A DNA stretch of 64,000 nucleotides from assembly GCA_965240325.2 (NCBI GenBank), contig OZ251245.1, positions 186,001 to 250,000 of the forward strand. Direction: 5' to 3'. Below the pieces are notes generated by a model. That model searched no databases, was not told the DNA's origin, and saw nothing but the letters and a program-made list of their open reading frames with translations. Below are positions 23,281-36,096 of the stretch, piece by piece. How positions within the stretch are numbered: the first letter of the stretch is position 1; each line of letters opens with the position of its first letter. A program made the position numbers and the translations under genes. Source of the stretch: Rebecca billardiae RCC1528. Lineage: Eukaryota; Protista; Haptophyta.

Positions 23281-25585
23281 ATGGTCACCATGAGCACATT
23301 CAACCCGCTCGCGGCCGCCAACTGGCTCACGTCCGCCGCCGCGTCGGCTGTGGGGAGCAGCTCGCCGGCGTCGTCGCCGCCGCTGCGCGTGACGGCGGGC
23401 GCGGTGGTCGACGTCTCGACCACGCCCACGGCCGCCTCGTCGCCCGGCGTCGACGCCCCCGAAGCCTTCTACTCGCCGCACAGCGGCCTCTCGCCCGCGC
23501 CGATCTCGCCGGTCGGCGCCGCGCTGCGCTCCGCGCGGCACTCGGCGACGACCGAGCCCTCCTCGGCCGCCGGTCCGTCGTGCACGCACACGAGTACGTC
23601 GCACGCGCCCGTCCGGCGCGACGACCTCGCCGAGGCCGTGACGAGCTCCCTCGAGCGCGGGGGCGGGCCGGGCGGCGGCTCGGACGCTCACGGCAGCCGT
23701 CACGCCGAGCTGATGCGCGATGAGGAGGAGGAGACGACGCCGCCGGTCGAGCTGCGGTACTCGCCGCCGTTGGCCTCGCGTGGCAAGGCGGACGTGCCGA
23801 GCACCGCCGTCCACGTGCCGCTCGGCGTCGGCGGGCCGGACTCGCCACAGCACCAGCGCTCACCGTTCGCGCCGCAGCGGCTGCGCGCGAGCGCCGGCTC
23901 GAGCGGCAGACTCTCTGCACTGGCGCCCAACTCGCCTCGCTCCGCGGGCGAGGTGTCGGGCGTGACGAGCAGCGTCCGCCGCCGCCTCGTCGGCCCGCCC
24001 GACGCCGCCGCGCCGCGCGCCAACAGCGCCAGCCCGCAGTTCGCCCCGCGCACGCCGCCGCCGTCGCCCAAGCCCCTGCCGCTCCCGTGCGAGCGGCCGG
24101 CGCGCGGGCGCGTGCCAGTGACTCTGCAGTGGGGGCACGGCGGGCACGCCGTCTCGGTCGTCGGCTCGTTCACCGGCTGGTCGACGCAGCTGCCCATGCG
24201 CGCCGAGGCCGCCACGCCCGCCGCCACCTCCTTGGGCGCTCGGCTGCGCTCGCTCGGCGGCGGCGGCGGAGGGGCGCCCACAGAGCATTGGCTCACACTC
24301 TACCTCTGCCCTGGGCGGTGCGCATTCGCGCGCGCCGCTCGCGACTGCGCGCGCGCGCGCACGACGCCCGCGCGCGCGCGGCGCGCTCACGCGCCCCGGT
24401 GCGCACGCGCGCGCGCGCGCAGCCACGAGTTTCTCTTCATCGTCGACGGCACGGCGCCCAAGGCGTCGGCGGCGCAGCCGTCGCAACCGACGGAGTCGTC
24501 CGCGCCGCGCGCGCCCGCCGACGCGGCGCACGCAGCCGGCGGCGGCGGCGCGAGCCGCGCGATCCCGGCCTCCTCGCCGCCGGCCGACCCCGACCGCCTG
24601 GGCGCGAGCAAGGCGGGGGCCGGCGGCGGCGGCACCGCCACCGCGCAGAGCGGCCCGCCGCCGCATCAGAAGCCTCTCGTTGTGAACTACATCGACGTGG
24701 ACGACGGCGCGGCCTTTGAGGCGGCGGGCGCGGCCCATCCGATCGATTCGGAGACGCTGCGGCTGCCGCGCGCGCCCGTCGTGCTCCCGGCGCGGCGCGG
24801 CGCGGAGGCCAGCCCGGCGGGCTCGGGGCCGGACTCGCCGCTGCCCCTCGCGCCGCCGCCGTGGCGCGGCGGCGCGGCGGGCGGCGCGGCGCACGGCCCG
24901 CAGGCTGACGCCGCCGCCGACGCCGCCGACGCCGACGGAGGCTTCTCTCAGAAGCTTCCGCCGTTCGCCGAGCTCACCTCCTCCGCGCCGCCTCGCCTCC
25001 CCGCCAGCCTGGGCCAGCTCGTCCGGCCGCACGTGTACGCGGCCGCGGCCGCGGCCGCGCGACGCTACGGCGCCGCTGAGGGCGCGGCCGTGCTTGCCGA
25101 GGTGGGCGCGATGCGGCCGCCTCCGCTCCCACTGCCTGAGGCCGAGGCCGCGCGCGGCGCGCCGGGCGCGCCTCACGTCGACCTGGGCCACTGCGTGCTC
25201 GCGCGGCCGTTCATGCTGCAGCCGGACTCGTACGAGGACGAGCCGGCGGTCGACATGGCGCCGCCCAGCTCGCACGCCGCCGCCGCCGCCGCCCAGAAGC
25301 TTCCGCCGAACCTTCCGGGCAGCGCCTCGCTGCCGGCGCCGAGCACGGCGGCGGCCGAGGGCGGCGGCGGGGCGCGCGCCGACCTCGCGCGGCGCGCGAG
25401 CGGCGGCGAGGAGCCCATCGTGCTCTTCACCCCGTCCCGCTGGCGCACCAAGCGGGTCGTCTCCTATCTGTACAAGCCGCTACCCACTGTACCCACGCTA
25501 CCCACTTTACCCACCTCGGCGGCCGGGCTCGCGCCGCGCTCGCACACGGAGCCACCGGGTGCGGCGGCTGGTGGCGGCGACGCGC

Positions 25586-25622
<37 letters not shown>

Positions 25623-26412
25623 TGACGCCGCGATGCCGCTGCCTCCACGCGTGCCGCACTCGCGCTCGACCCCGCCCATCGCCGTGCCGCTCAGCTCCGC
25701 CGCGTCGCAACTCCCCGCCGCGCCCGCCAGCCAGTTCGGAGCCGGCGCCACCGCCGGCAGCGCAGGCTGCCACGCGCATGCACGCTCACTGCCATCCGCG
25801 CAGCCACGGATGGCAGCAGGCTCTCCCGCGTCCCTCGCGCCGCCGCACGGGGGCGCGCCGCCGATCCCGGCCAGGTCCACCGGCGACCTGCCGCCGTCGC
25901 CCTTTGTCGCGCCGCTAGGCCCAGTCGCGGTCGACGCTGCCCGCCACCGTCCCCACGCGTGGGGCGGCGGCGGCGGCTACTCCCCCCCACCCAAGCAGGC
26001 GGCGGCGGTGCCCGCGGGCGCGGCGCTCGGGGCGGGCGAGCCCGCCATCATGCGCGGCGCGGATGGCTCGATGGACTCGCTCGGCGAGCTCGAGCTCGAG
26101 TACGACCTCGAGGCGTGCGACCTGCCCATGCCGCCCGCGCCCACGTCGGGGGCCACGCCCGGCGGCGCGCGCGTGCGCTCGCCGCGCTTCGCGCCCGGCA
26201 CGGCCTGCGCAGCCGACGGCGGCCCGGCCGTTCCCGCCGCCGTGAGCTGCGAGTTTGCGCCGATGGCGATCAGCCGCGACGCGTCGATGGACGGCCTGTC
26301 GGGCGGCGCAGCAGGCCCGCAGTCGGCCAACGCGGCGGACGGCGAGGACAGCAAGGCGCCGCCCACACTCGACGAGGACGCGACGTTGTGGCACATGGAC
26401 CTCAGCGTTTAG
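23281..26412 (+). CDS. AMPK/SNF1 beta-subunit-like protein (CBM48 + ASC domain) with long extensions
   Basis: CBM48: VTLQWGHGGHAVSVVGSFTGWS...LCPGRHEFLFIVDG after removing the in-frame intron 24318-24422. ASC: PPRLPASL..PHVDLGH..SRWRTKRVVSYLYKP. Confidence 0.8.
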
Positions 26413-27180
26413 TCCGGTACGTGAGTCGCGGACTCCAGCGGGTCGGCGTGCTGCTGCGGCAGTCCGCTGGCCCGCGATGCCCGGTACGGCGAACGGCGTT
26501 GGCGGCATCATCTAATGTCGGCATATTCGGCGGTTGGCGCACGGGGTGCCGGCGCGACTCGCCTCCCGGACCCGCGGACCACCGGACTTGCGACGCCGAC
26601 TTGGCTGTCTGGCTCCGGTAGTTGACCCCTGCCAGTCCGCGGTCATAGAAACCGGGCGTACCGAAAATGATCTTCGCATTCCTGCGGCCGAATGAACGCC
26701 CGACGAAGTGTCGTCCCACAGGGCCCCAAGTAGGGTTGCTATGCATGGATATATGGCCGCCCGTAGTGCGACGAATACGGTGATCCGCACTGACCGGATG
26801 ACTCGGCTGTCTGAGTGACTCGGCCGTGACGGCCGTCGGCGGTCCGTCCGGCGGACTCCGCGGACGTCACCGCCCGGTCCCGGACGACATTCTGATCGTC
26901 GCGCTGCTATATATATATCTATCGAACATATATTCGTGCATGCGCGCATCGCCGCTATAATGCTCGGTCCTCCGCCGACGCGCGGCGGTAAGTAGTCTGC
27001 TGATGATGATGGCATACGTGTCACGTCGGCCGGGCCGCCCGCTCGCACGGGCGGCCGAGGCACGCGGCAGTGGCACCATTGGCGCGGCCGTCTGGATCGG
27101 GCCTGCCTCGCGCGATCGGGGCGCGTCTCCGTCGCGGCACATGGCGACGTGATGCAAGAGCACGCCTGGCGATCGCCGAC

Positions 27181-27418
27181 TCATCGTCCCGGCGCAGCTG
27201 CGCGCACGAACGCCGCGGATGGGCGAGTCGTGGCTGACGGCCTGCCGCCGCCCCGCGCGCCGCCCGCCGCCGCCGCGCTCGGCGAGCCTGAGGTGTGCGT
27301 GGCTGGCGAGGAACCGGGCGCGGGAGGGGCGCCGGCGATGCGCATCACGGAGCGCTCGTGCCTGCGCTCGAGCGCGGTGAGTGCGCGCGTCGGCGAGGGC
27401 GTGTGCGCCACCGCGGCA

Positions 27419-27449
<31 letters not shown>

Positions 27450-28256
27450 CGGCTACGGCCGCCTCGGCGGCGCCGAGGGGCGCGGGCGGCGACGCGCGCC
27501 CGCCCGAGAAGGAGCCTGCCGGTGAGAGGCTGGCTGCCGAGAGCGCGCCGCCGCCGTTGGGCGCGGCGGGGCGGGGCCCCTGCGAGGCGGCCAGCTTGCC
27601 CTGCAGGTCCCGCACGCGCGTCTCGAGAATCGAGATGGAAGCCTCCTCGTGCATAAGCATGCGCGCCGCCTGCTCTTCCGTGTGGAGGCGCGCCTGCTGC
27701 TCTGCCTTGAGCTGAGAGGCGAGCGTCGCGACGACGTCGTCGTCGGGGGACGCGGCGAGGAGGGCGGAGGAGCCGCCGTTCGCGCCGGCGCACGGCGAAG
27801 CCCCGTCCCCCGCGCCTGCCGCGCATCCGGGCCCCGCGCCCGCCAGCCCGTCGGAAGTGGCCGCGCCGCCGCCGAGCGGCTCGCGCGGCGACGGCGGCGT
27901 GAGCTGCAACTGCAGCTGGACGCCGCCGCTGGCCGTCGGCGAGGTGGTCACGTGCAGAGTGGTCCGCTCGGCGCCCTCGTGCTCGGCGCTGCTGGCCTGC
28001 GCCGCCCCGCCGCCGCCCGCCGCGCCGGCACCGGCACCACCGCCGCCAATGCCCGCACTGCCCGTGAGTGCACGAGCCGGGTTGGCCGCGGCCGTCGCGG
28101 GCGTCTCCGGTGGCACGCCAGCGCCGCCCTTGCCAGGCGCACTGCCGCGCTCGGCCGAGCCCACCAGCTCGGCGCCGGCGCCGTCCCCGGAGCGCAGTGC
28201 CCCCGGCACGGCCGCCGCCGCGCCCACGCTGCCGCCCAGGGCCGGAGGCGTGCCCA

Positions 28257-28290
<34 letters not shown>

Positions 28291-29671
28291 CCTCGCGCCC
28301 GTGTGTGCCTCAAGCCGAACCAACTGCGCGTCGAGCGCCGCCTCCGCCGCCGCGAGCTCCGAGGCGCTGACGCCACCGCGCGCGGCATCCGCGGCCATGC
28401 TGCGCACGTCCATATTCAACGAGCCCGATGCCGACGGCGCCGACGGCGCGTCCGGGAGATTGCGCGCAGATTGCATCTCCGACGAGATCTCCGAGTCCAG
28501 CGCGTCGACCTCGGAGCGCAGCGCGGCGAGGCGCGGCGAGCGCGACGCCGCACCGCCGCGCGTGCGCGGCATGGACGGCCTCGAGGTCCTTGAGAGCTGC
28601 GCGGAGCGAGGCGCGCATGCGGCGCGCGGCATGGGGCGCGCCAGCTGGTGAGCGCCACCGCCGTGGCGACCGGCGTGGGGGACGCAAGGCGCCTGGTGTG
28701 CCGCCGTGGTGCCGCCGGCGCGACCACCAACAGACACAGACAGAGTGCCCGGCGGTGCGTGGGCTTGCCGGGTGTGGCCACCGCGCGGGGCGCGCGCGCC
28801 GCGCGGCGGCGGGCGCGGGCGCACGCACCGAGGAGAGCTCCGAGCCGCTGCCCACGTGCACCGGCGGCGGCCGCGCGCCGCCCTCGACCCCGTCCGGCGT
28901 GCACATGCCTGTCGCCTCCGCGCCGCCACCCGGCATTGTCGCCCCCGCCGCGCGCAGCCCAACGGCGCCGGGCGCCGCAAGCGCGCCCGCGGGCGAGAGC
29001 GCGCGAGGCGCTTCGGGGGAGCCGCTCAGCCCGCCGGACGCGACCTCAAGCAGCTGGTTCAGCGGCCGGCTTGGCGCCGAGAGCCGTTCGAACTCCGCCG
29101 CGAGCCTCGCCGCGTCTGCCGCCGTGCTTGCAGCGTTTTCTGGCAGAAGCGCTCGCCCGAGCACGCCGCGCACGCGCGCGCGGAACTCGGCGAGGTGCGC
29201 GGCCTCGTCGTCGAGCAGCGCGCACAGCTGCTTGCGCGCGTGCGCCAGCCGGCCGAGCCGCCCCTGCGCCGCGCGCTCCAGGTGCTCGCACTCGCCGACG
29301 CCGCCCGCTGCATGCACCTCCTCGGCCATGTCGGCCGCTGCGGCCGCGATGCCCTGCGCCATGGGGACGTGCTGCTCGGCGAGCGGCGTCACGGCGTCTG
29401 CGGGTAGCCTGATGGAAGGCGCATACACGCCCGCCGTGGGGCTCGTGCCGCCCCCCGCGCCCGCGTCCTCGCACTCGCGTGCCGGCTCGGCGCAGCTGCT
29501 CGGGCCAACCGTGTTCGCGACGGGTGGCGATAGGGCGGCGCCGCCGCTCAGAGCCGCAGGGCCATCGGGCTTGTCCGGGGGCGCGTCCAGACGAGAGCGC
29601 GCGAGCAGCAGCTCGATGCGCTTCGCGCGCTCCTCCTTGGGTATGAGCGCGTGGGCCGTGCGCAGGGGCAT
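27181..29671 (-). CDS. Hypothetical coiled-coil/low-complexity protein (~750 aa)
   Basis: Exons 29671-28829 and 28596-27181 joined by a GTGCGT..CAG intron, in frame. Heptad segments (LRSEVDALDSEI; LKAEQQARLHTEEQAAR..LETRVRDLQGKL). Confidence 0.65.
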
Positions 29672-29934
29672 GGGTGCTCAGCTCGAAAGCTCCTTGCGCA
29701 CCCGACTCGGCGCCGCCGAGGACGATGGGCAATGGCGACGGAGGGGTCAGCAAATGACTCAGTAAGCGGGTACCGCTGTAGACTATCATGCGGGTAGAAC
29801 TCGCGCAATCGGCTGGGAAAGCTGTGAGTATGATAATCATCATTCATCGGCTGCCACGGAACGCCGACGACGATTGACGAGCCCCCACGAGCGGCTGGTT
29901 CAAACGCTCGTGTGGCCGCACAGCCGCGACGGCG

Positions 29935-30390
29935 ATGGCCACATCGCCGACCACGCTCGCGCGAAGAGCCGCGCGCTTCCAGCGCGAGGCCATGTCGGGT
30001 CCCCCGCCCATCCCCCAGCGCAAGATGGCCTGGGCTGGAGGCAAGATCGCCTCGAACAAGGACGCGGCACTCAAAAAGTTTGTCGAGCGCAAGGGCGGCG
30101 AGGAGAACTTCTCCGCCGTCCACCTGGACGCGGCCAAGGCGGCGCCGCCCGCGGCACAGCGTGCGCGCGTGCTGCAACGCGCGTCTGGCAACGCCGAAGC
30201 GAAGGCCTCTGAGCACTCCGAGAAGACTGTCTCGAAAAGTACCAAGGTCGAGATGCGCCTCCGCTCGAAGCTCGAGCAGATTGAAGCGCTCGAGGCCAAG
30301 CAAGCGGCGGGGCACGAGCTCGAGCTCAACCAGATCGAGAAGATCGGGCGGAAGCAGCTGCTTCTGGCGCAGCTCGCGGCAGTGCACTAG
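29935..30390 (+). CDS. Small protein with eIF2A/PYM-type C-terminal helical hairpin
   Basis: C-terminus RLRSKLEQIEALEAKQAAGHELELNQIEKIGRKQLLLAQL matches the K-L-x-Q-I-E-x-L...G-x-x-L-x-x-N-Q-x-E-K pattern. Coding-like codon use. Confidence 0.7.
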   Translation: MATSPTTLARRAARFQREAMSGPPPIPQRKMAWAGGKIASNKDAALKKFVERKGGEENFSAVHLDAAKAAPPAAQRARVLQRASGNAEAKASEHSEKTVSKSTKVEMRLRSKLEQIEALEAKQAAGHELELNQIEKIGRKQLLLAQLAAVH

Positions 30391-33139
30391 GGGCTGCCAC
30401 GTGCGTCGGCATCGATGGCCGCGTGTACACTATGTCCAGCTGCCCGCGGGCGCCGGATCCCGGGCGGATCCGCGCAGTCCGAGGACAGCGCCGGATGACG
30501 GCTCGGAAGGAAATCAGGAATAACTACCGCTCGGATCCGCGGGCACGACCATCACGGGCATCGACAGTCACTTGATGATCCGCTGAGGCGTGACACTGTG
30601 GCCATGGAAAATGTATACCGCCTGGCTCTGGTCACTGTCCGGGACGTCCAGCACTGGGCCTGGGGTGCATTTCTATTTTCTATGTGCGAATCAAGGCCTA
30701 TATGGCCGGCCATGACCGATGATATTGGCCGCTAGGCGGCCATGGCCGATGGTTAGCGGTCGACCAGCCATCTCTGGCCGATGGGTATTGGCCGATGGCC
30801 CGGTCCGGCGGCCGGACCGCCGAGGCCGCGCCGGACGGCACGGCCACGGCGCCGGAGCGTGGCCGCGCGTGCGCACGCCGCGCGGGCTGCAGCACTGTCC
30901 TACTCTGCACGGTCGTAGTCCGAGAGGGCTGCCCCGGGGCTCGGCCGACCCAACTGGTGGACTTGATGAGCCCCATCAGCGGCGGTCTCGACCGAGCTTG
31001 GCAGGTGTGTGTGTGTGTGAGTGTGATGTGTCGGTTAATCTGATGATATCATCAATTAAGCTACAGACGACTATGTCTATATTGTATTCTGCGCGCCGGC
31101 CCGGAGAGTGAAGGACGCGAGATGCAGGCGGCGAGCCCGGCGCCGACTCCGACGAGGGCGAGTCAGCGGCCGCACCCGCGCCCGCGACCGCGCCCACGCC
31201 CGCGCCCACGACCCCAGTACTTCTGCCACGGCTCGCGCTTGCACTGCCGGCAGCAGCGCTGCTGCATCGTCTGCCGACGCTGCGACTGCTGCAGCCTCTC
31301 AGCGGCGAGCGGAAGAGCGGTGGCTGCCGCAGCGCAGTAGTCGGCTGCAAGCAGCTTATTCTGCGACGAGATCATGCCCAGACAGAGTCAAGCCGACCTC
31401 GCCGGGGTACTACCATACGTTCTGCCTTATTCGGAGTGGTGAATAATATATATATATATGACCGCGTTCCGCGGTCCTTCCGTAGAACCAACGTAGTTAG
31501 GGGCCCGCGGTGCACCCTCCGTCGGCTGCTGTCTCAGTCTGGTCAACATGGCGGGCCGATGAGGACTGTCGCCGCGGGCCCGCGCGAAGAAGTACGGACG
31601 GCGGCCGGGGCAGCGGCGCGCGCGCGCAGGGCGAGCCTGCCTTGAGGTGCTCGCGCTGCGCCACGCGCTCGACGACGGGCCGCTGGTCGCTCAGCCGGCG
31701 CGCCTCGTGCCGGCAGAGCGAGAGCGCGCACCACTCTGCTGGCCCCACCCCCAGCGGCCCCAGCCTGCGCTCACGGCGCTGCGCAGCCGCGCACCGAGAG
31801 GCGAGACCGAGCGGAGCTCGGGGTGGAACGAGGCGAGCGGCGGGTCGCGCCTGCCGCCGCGCGTGCGCGCCTGCTCCACCGCGCCACCGTGCTCGCCCGC
31901 CGCCTCCTCCGCCGCGTCGGCCTCGAAGCCACGGCGGCGGCCAGCCAGCCTCCGACCGAGGCGCCGGAGCCCGTGCGTGCTCACTCACCCGGCGCGGTGG
32001 CGCCCTCGAGTCGACGGCCGTCTACTCCACAGCTGGCTGCTCGAGCTGCTGCACGGGGCGTCGCGACGAGGGCGCCGCGCGCGCCCAGCGCGTCCGTCGC
32101 CGCGTCGCGCAGCGCGTCGAGCTCGGCGCCGCGCTTCGCCAGCTCGGCGCCCAGCGCCTCCGTGCGCACTCGTGTCTCATTCGATTGTCGTCATCGCGCT
32201 CGTCGGCTCCGTGGCGAGCCCGCGGGGCGGACGAGCGGACTACTGCGCGCCGCAGCAGGAGCAGCGCGCGGCGCGCAGCGCTCCGCGCGCAGCAGGGCCG
32301 TCTCCTCATCCACCGAGTGCACGGCCTGCGCGGCGGCGACGGCGGCGCGCGCCGCCGCGGGGGGACGCAAGCGCTGCGGGCCGAGATGAGTCCGGCCGCC
32401 GAGCCGCGGTGGCGGCGTCGGCGTGCGCGCCGGGCGAGGTGGGCGAGCTCACGCGGCCCGGGCTCAGCACGCCCGTGCACAGCGCCGGCCGCGGTGGCGA
32501 GCGCGCACCGCTCGGCCGCGGTGGCAACCGGCTCAGCGGTTGATGTTTGATTGTTTGAAGCCGCGAGGTCAGCGACGTCTCCGATGACTCGGCCATGATT
32601 GTGGTCCTCCTTCGCCCACGGGTGCTTTGTCGACCATCCGCTGGAGGCGCGCCAACGTCGGTACGGACAGCGCCTGCTTGAGCGTCGTGATGTGCATCAG
32701 CTCGAGCCGGCCGAAGATGGGCCCGCCGACGGCGATGATCATGATGTGCGCGCTTGCCGCTTGGGCACCCGTCCTCGTCGCGAGACGCTGGCGGGCGGGT
32801 AACCCGTTTTTCTTTCATATCAATATGACCCCCGCGTGCGCAAAATAATGCAAACCGGCAAACAGCGCGCTCGGTACGCCGACATGCAGTTTGAAACAGT
32901 CGTAGTATATGACCCATGCACATGCACTTTGTCAAAACAATACGGCCCTTGGACCGGCGACCAAGTTTTCAATAGCGTCGATGACACGATGACTAAACTT
33001 TACTGACAAAGTGACGGCCTTCGATCTTCGACCCCACGGCCGTCCAACGACATACGCGGAATGACCTTGGGCGCGGCCTTTTAAGCTGTGATGGACAGCA
33101 ATACCCCCCTCAAAAAATCGAAAACTCACCCTCCAACAG

Positions 33140-35077
33140 TAGCCTGGTCCAAACGCACTGGAGCACTTTCGGGGATTTTATCGCCAAATGAACGCGGGCC
33201 CCTAGGCACGCGCTCACACCCGGAAACAGCGTAACAAATGGGCCCAGCCCGGGCGCAGCAAAAGTTTCGGCCTAAAAATCGCATCCGTGGCCCGTCGTGA
33301 GCGTGCGCGCGCGCGCCGCGGACAACTACGGACACATAGAGAATCGTCAGTCTGAATGTGGGTAAGTAATTAGCCGAAATGAGCCCAAACGCACGAACTT
33401 ACTTATTGGCGTACGTCGAGGCGAGCATGAACCTTGGTACAGGCCATTAGGATGGGCTCTGGTCTGTGCGCAAGTGGCCGTACTCAACTACTGCAAGATC
33501 GACTATATTACCCACGTGTACCCGCATATTATGGGAAATGTACCCGCATAAATATGCTTTCTGAGTCTTTATAATTAAATGCCACTATGTCGTTACATAT
33601 TCGCCATAGGTGGGTAGCTGTCCCAGGCTGCACGATTAGTGCGGCGCTCTGGGTGCAGTGGTCGGACGAGGCTCCGCCTGGCCTTCCGCGCACTCCTGCA
33701 GACAAGAAGAGGGCCGGACTCCCACCCGGCCAGGCGTGCGGCAGTCGGTCAGGTGCTGGACCTGGTCTGGAGACCATCTCCTGCGTGGCGACTGGCCGAT
33801 ATGCGGCACAACGCGCGCCGCCGTGAGCCACACGGCAGGTTCGCAACGGATCCGGTTCGCGTGTCCATGGCGGCGTGCATCGAGTCATTCAAGCTGTCAA
33901 GTCGCGTGCCACGCCCGCCCTTTCACTTGGGGCATCAGCACTGCCTACAACGACGACATGTGCGTCCTTAGACGAGGCATAATCGCGGTTCTAGCTGCTC
34001 GTCCAAGGGTCAGATCGCACGTCTTTGCTCGCCCGACAGCCTCAACGGCGGACTGATGTGATCCGCGGGTGACGATGCGACCGCTTCGAGTGCGCCTACG
34101 GCCACCACCGGGGTGGGGATCGTTCATGGGCACCCTCCGCGTGCCATGACATGCTCTGGCCGTGCGTGGTGACTTGACCCACCGCGCGTAAACGGGGACG
34201 ACACCCGAGCACGTGCTTCCGAGCCACCCGAATGGCACAATGTGCCACCCATGGACACCAAACACCTGCCAGAGCGCGAGCCTTGCGTGCTGGAGTAGCC
34301 GTACGACACCATGGAAGACGTATGAGCGCTCTCAACCATCTTCAAGCGACGACTCCGTCGACTCTGCCTCGCAGACCGCGGTACGATCCTCGACCTTGTG
34401 CTCGCAGCAAAGGCCATGACGGTAAAGCAGCACCCAGGGGATGGGAGTCAGCCGGCAGCCACTACAATGTAACTGTACATACCCAGCCCCGCAAGGCGAG
34501 CCATCCTGATCGCCCCCAGCCCGTCATACAGCTCCACGAGAAGCACAAATCGACTGCCGCCGCTCTGGACCGGACCCATGCGCAAACGTGACGGGACTGG
34601 CCGGATGAAGCGTTGGCGATGCGCAGCGCGCCCAACGCTGGTGGTGGCATCGAGTACATGCTAGGGGTAGGCGGTGCCCCATGCGAGCCGTCGCGTGCCG
34701 CGCATATTCCCGGAGGTGCCCCTTCTCGAAGGCGCAGCGCAACCCAGCAGCTGAGCGTTCGACGCGCGCCGTCGGGCGAGAAGTCGACCTGGCGACGGAC
34801 CGCGGGCGGCGGAAGCAACGCAGACATGTCGCTCAAGATGTGCACGCACACCGCCGGGGCACCCGAACGATGTGTCCAGCACTACACCTGACACGAGGCG
34901 GCGCAGTCGTCCAGTCGAGGCTCTCGAGCCCCTTCGACCTTCGTCGCGGCGAGCCGTCGGACGGCCGGTGGCGATTTTTGACGAGCGCGAGGAGAGACGA
35001 GAAAAATCGGGAGAAATGAGGCGCCCAAAATCCGAAAAAGGCTTTTTCAGTGGCGAAAATCGGGATGGACCAGGCTA
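33140..35077. mobile_element. 1.9-kb TIR element with probable 9-bp TSD
   Basis: Perfect 12-bp TIR TAGCCTGGTCCA/TGGACCAGGCTA. Flanks CTCCAACAG / CGGCAACAG. A version of the site lacking the element is present at 35441-35470. Confidence 0.85.
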
Positions 35078-35227
35078 CGGCAACAGCCCTAAACATCGTC
35101 CCCCGTCCCCTTTTCTTTGATCAAAAGATCTTTTTGACAACGTAGTGAGGGCCCCCGGCGGGGCTCCACGCTACGCGCTCCGCCCTGCACCGCGGGCCAT
35201 TATTGCGCCGAAAATGAAAATAAATTA

Positions 35228-35270
<43 letters not shown>

Positions 35271-35382
35271 TCCTTTATTAATTTATTCGTCGTAGTCGGC
35301 CACTGGCCGATGAACGGGCGAAAGTGGGCATCCTGTGGCCGACGGGTTGGCCGACGCCCGTCGAGGCTTGATTCGCACACAG

Positions 35383-35734
35383 CCTTGGGCGCGGCCTTTT
35401 AAGCTGTGATGGACAGCAATACCCCCCTCAAAAAATCGAAAACTCACCCTACTCCAACAGCCCTAAACATCGTCCCCCGTCCCCTTTTCTTTGATCAAAA
35501 GATCTTTTTGACAACGTAGTGAGGGCCCCCGGCGGGGCTCCACGCTACGCGCTCCGCCCTGCACCGCGGGCCATTATTGCGCCGAAAATGAAAATAAATT
35601 ATGAATATATATATATATATCGTCCTTTATTAATTTATTCGTCGTAGTCGGCCACTGGCCGATGAACGGGCGAAAGTGGGCATCCTGTGGCCGACGGGTT
35701 GGCCGACGCCCGTCGAGGCTTGATTCGCACACAG
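35383..35734 (+). repeat. Tandem duplication of the right end of the hAT-like element
   Basis: Copies 33066-33139 plus 35087-35382, including the (TA)n tract and a second right TIR. Confidence 0.9.
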
Positions 35735-36096
35735 GTGCATTTAACCATTTGGGCCTTGGGGGGGTCTGGGGGGGCTCCCCCCAGCCCATCGAAGGACCAA
35801 ATACGCCTCAATAGGGGCCCAACTCGCCAGATTTGCATGGGCGCAGACTGCCGCAAATGCTGCGCTGAGCCTGAGGGCCGGAGCCGTGCAGCGGCGTCGA
35901 TTGACTTATTAGTTATTTGACAGCGTCAGCTGTCTGCTGTGCGCCGCCTCGCGACGACCACGCGACGCCTCGCACAAAGCCCTGATCTCGGCGTCTCCCT
36001 CGCTAGTCAAGACGTAGCGTAGTGCTGGATCGAGCGACGCATTGACCGCCGCCGCGGCCGCCGCACCTCGGCGCGCTCGCGAACTCGCTCGGAGCC

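Larger units (their letters stand above)
30673..35734. mobile_element. ~5-kb non-autonomous TIR element with 8-bp TSD (hAT-like)
   Basis: TIR CTATGTGCGAATCAAG (30680) / CTTGATTCGCACACAG (ends 35734). TSD GTGCATTT at 30665-30672 and 35735-35742, with a 7-nt TTTCTAT duplication at the left junction. Subterminal TGGCCGA repeats. Confidence 0.85.
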
